A stretch of DNA of 64,000 nucleotides, taken from positions 2,190,243 through 2,254,242 of the forward strand of contig OY970154.1 in assembly GCA_963706215.1 (NCBI GenBank). Direction: 5' to 3'. The stretch's first letter is position 1. Each line of letters begins with the position of its first letter. Source of the stretch: an uncultured Alphaproteobacteria bacterium (GTDB taxonomy: Bacteria > Pseudomonadota > Alphaproteobacteria > Rhizobiales > Beijerinckiaceae). This document shows, piece after piece, positions 63,624-64,000 of the stretch. Below the pieces are notes generated by a model. The model ran no database searches. It saw only the letters and a program-made list of their open reading frames with translations, and was not told where the DNA came from. A program made the position numbers and the translations under genes.

Positions 63624-64000
63624 CTAGCCGTCCCGGTTAGGTGTACCGAGAACGTGGACGTTTGGCGCAATCATCACATTGTCGAACTGCTGCGTGAACA
63701 TCGCCGCCGCGAAGAAGGCGACTGCCCGCAATGTTTCCGAGCCTGTGTTGGCGAGGTCGTGCCGCACCGGCGTCGGGATGACGAAAACATTACCCGGTTT
63801 GACCTGATGAGTCGTGCCGTCTTCCATGCGTAGCTCGCCGGCGCCGGCAAGGATATACTGCGTTTCCTCGGTCGCGTCGGTGTGCCAGCCGAGCCGTCCG
63901 CCGGGCTCGATCTCGTACACGATCGTCGAGGATTGGGTGGCTCCGTGCCCACCATATGCGGCGAAAGCGCCAGCCCAACGGACCGAGGGATCATCCACTC
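63624..64000 (-). CDS. Cupin domain protein (start may lie beyond the window)
   Basis: WHTDATEE and IPTPVRH cupin motifs. Confidence 0.85.
   Translation of the reverse strand, partial: VDDPSVRWAGAFAAYGGHGATQSSTIVYEIEPGGRLGWHTDATEETQYILAGAGELRMEDGTTHQVKPGNVFVIPTPVRHDLANTGSETLRAVAFFAAAMFTQQFDNVMIAPNVHVLGTPNRDG

Overview
GC-rich alphaproteobacterial chromosome segment. Gene content and order suggest Rhizobiales, probably Beijerinckiaceae (Methylocapsa/Methylocella-like); this is an inference. The backbone is housekeeping: tRNA-Glu, holA-lptE-leuS, yggS, hemH, hemA, tRNA-Asn, tRNA-Cys, aat, moaA, prfA, purH, ssb, icd, recN-bamD, gshB-glnD-grpE. It also carries two copper modules: a CopA-type P1B ATPase, and copC followed by a CopD-cytochrome c-thioredoxin-fold fusion. 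Small accessory islets interrupt the backbone. These are a 349-bp element with 24-bp terminal inverted repeats and a 6-bp target duplication; a dinJ/truncated yafQ pair beside an unknown gene split by an intact 1218-bp IS4-family element; a low-GC, translationally coupled three-gene operon ending in a Cys/His papain-like protein and bounded by an IS1595-like end; a G1 glutamic peptidase; a decayed DUF4011 helicase; and a B-lectin/LuxR/integrase-remnant islet. Remnants of IS3, IS5, IS6, IS21 and IS66 are scattered through the window. Three genes carry point lesions (lptE nonsense, thiE-like frameshift, DUF4011 frameshift), so assembly error must be excluded. The best candidates for undescribed biology are the three-gene operon at 13.4-14.7 kb and the copC/CopD-fusion module at 55.8-58.3 kb. 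Family names come from motif recognition by eye; no database searches were run.
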